A DNA stretch of 64,000 bases from Octopus vulgaris (taxonomy: Eukaryota): positions 16,058,001 to 16,122,000 of the forward strand of contig OX597827.1 of the NCBI GenBank assembly GCA_951406725.2, written 5' to 3'. Below are positions 62,971 through 64,000 of this stretch, one piece after another (within the stretch, counting starts at the first letter, position 1; every line of letters starts with the position of its first letter). The notes below the pieces were generated by a model. That model worked only from the letters and a program-made list of their open reading frames with translations. It searched no databases and was not told where the DNA came from. Made by a program: the position numbers and the translations under genes.

Positions 62971-63543
62971 CCACATCCCTCACCATAGCAACTATCACTA
63001 TGTTGTATACTTAGATGTATGTGTCTACATACTTATACATTTTTGTGTTGGTTCATACATGCAGTTGTGTGTGCACGTGCACAGCTGCACTCTATGAACT
63101 ATCTAATAATTCAAGGATGGCTGTGTAGTTAAAACGTTCTCTTCACAGCTATACAGTTTTATGTTCAATCCCATTGTGTGGCATTATGGGTTGGTGTCTT
63201 CTACCGCAGCCTCAAGTTAATCCATGTCTTGTGAGCGAAATTTTGTATGTAAAGATTGTATGGAAGTCTGTTGGAGGGATCCGGTTTTGAACGGCAGATT
63301 TAATCCTTCACTTTGTTTTGCACAACCCCCCACCCCTTAGCTCTTGGGTGACTTTAGCGAAGCACGCACTTGCAAGAATTTGGGTTAAGTCTTCAGTCTA
63401 ACCCCTTCTCACCAATGTTGGAGTCTTAGTAAAGGTGTAAGTAGTGCCCTTTGTTGTTTAACTATGTCAGTGGTGGCAAACCTTTTAGTTTGCTGTGTCT
63501 TAATTTTAGTTTCTTTAATAATCCTGTTATTGAAGTGTTATGT

Positions 63544-63898
63544 ATCATCATCATCATTGTTCGACTGTGGTCGAGACAATAGAATTTACTATGCTACGCC
63601 AGACTTCACGGTCCATCGTAGCATTACGGAGGTCCTGTTGCTGGATGCCTGTATCCCTGGAGATTACATCAGGGTAGGAGAGTGTGCCCCCTCAGGTATC
63701 GCGAGTAGATGGCTTCCAGAGGAGAAGATCAGAAATTGCCTCGTTTTCAGCTCTACAACAATGTCCAGCAAACTGGACTCATCTACCTTTCATAAGATGA
63801 CACAGGTGGTAGTTTCCCATATATTTGCATTTTGGTTGGATGACGCTTCCATGAGAGATTTTGAGCTCTCATGAGGAGGCGAGTGTAGGTTCCATCCA
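63544..63898 (-). mobile_element. RTE-clade LINE 3' end
   Basis: DGTYTRLLMRAQNLSWKRHPTKMQIYGKLPPVSS..., (GAT)n tail. Confidence 0.85.
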
Positions 63899-63902
63899 CA
63901 TA

Positions 63903-64000
63903 TAGGCGCAGGAGTGGCTGTGTGGTAAGTAGCTTGCTAACCAACCACATGGTTGCATGTTCAGTCCCACTGCGTGACATCTTGGGCAAGTGTCTTCTGC
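63903..64000 (+). mobile_element. SINE family A (cut by window edge)
   Basis: Head region match. Confidence 0.85.

Overview
AT-rich eukaryotic DNA with no prokaryotic features. The tRNA-derived SINE families, the (TA)n/(CA)n/(CAT)n microsatellite load and the RTE/CR1 remnants point to a cephalopod, most likely Octopus; this is inferred from repeat content, not a database hit. The best reading is a promoter and short first coding exon near 218-780 (+), followed by about 63 kb of mostly intronic or intergenic sequence packed with transposable elements. These include at least six SINE-like families, RTE/CR1/other LINE fragments, a Naiad-type Penelope-like element, non-autonomous Helitrons, and Merlin-, hAT-, Tc1- and piggyBac-like MITEs. 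Nearly all ORFs in the supplied track are artefacts of microsatellites or SINEs. The most notable items are a full-length U6 snRNA copy fused to a headless SINE body inside one target-site duplication (TSD), several hammerhead-ribozyme-like motifs including a 351-bp retrozyme-like partial tandem, a 26 x 45-bp minisatellite with a 450-bp higher-order repeat and four stop-free frames, and a 5'-inverted (twin-primed) RTE copy nested in a Penelope-like element. No complete protein-coding gene can be supported.
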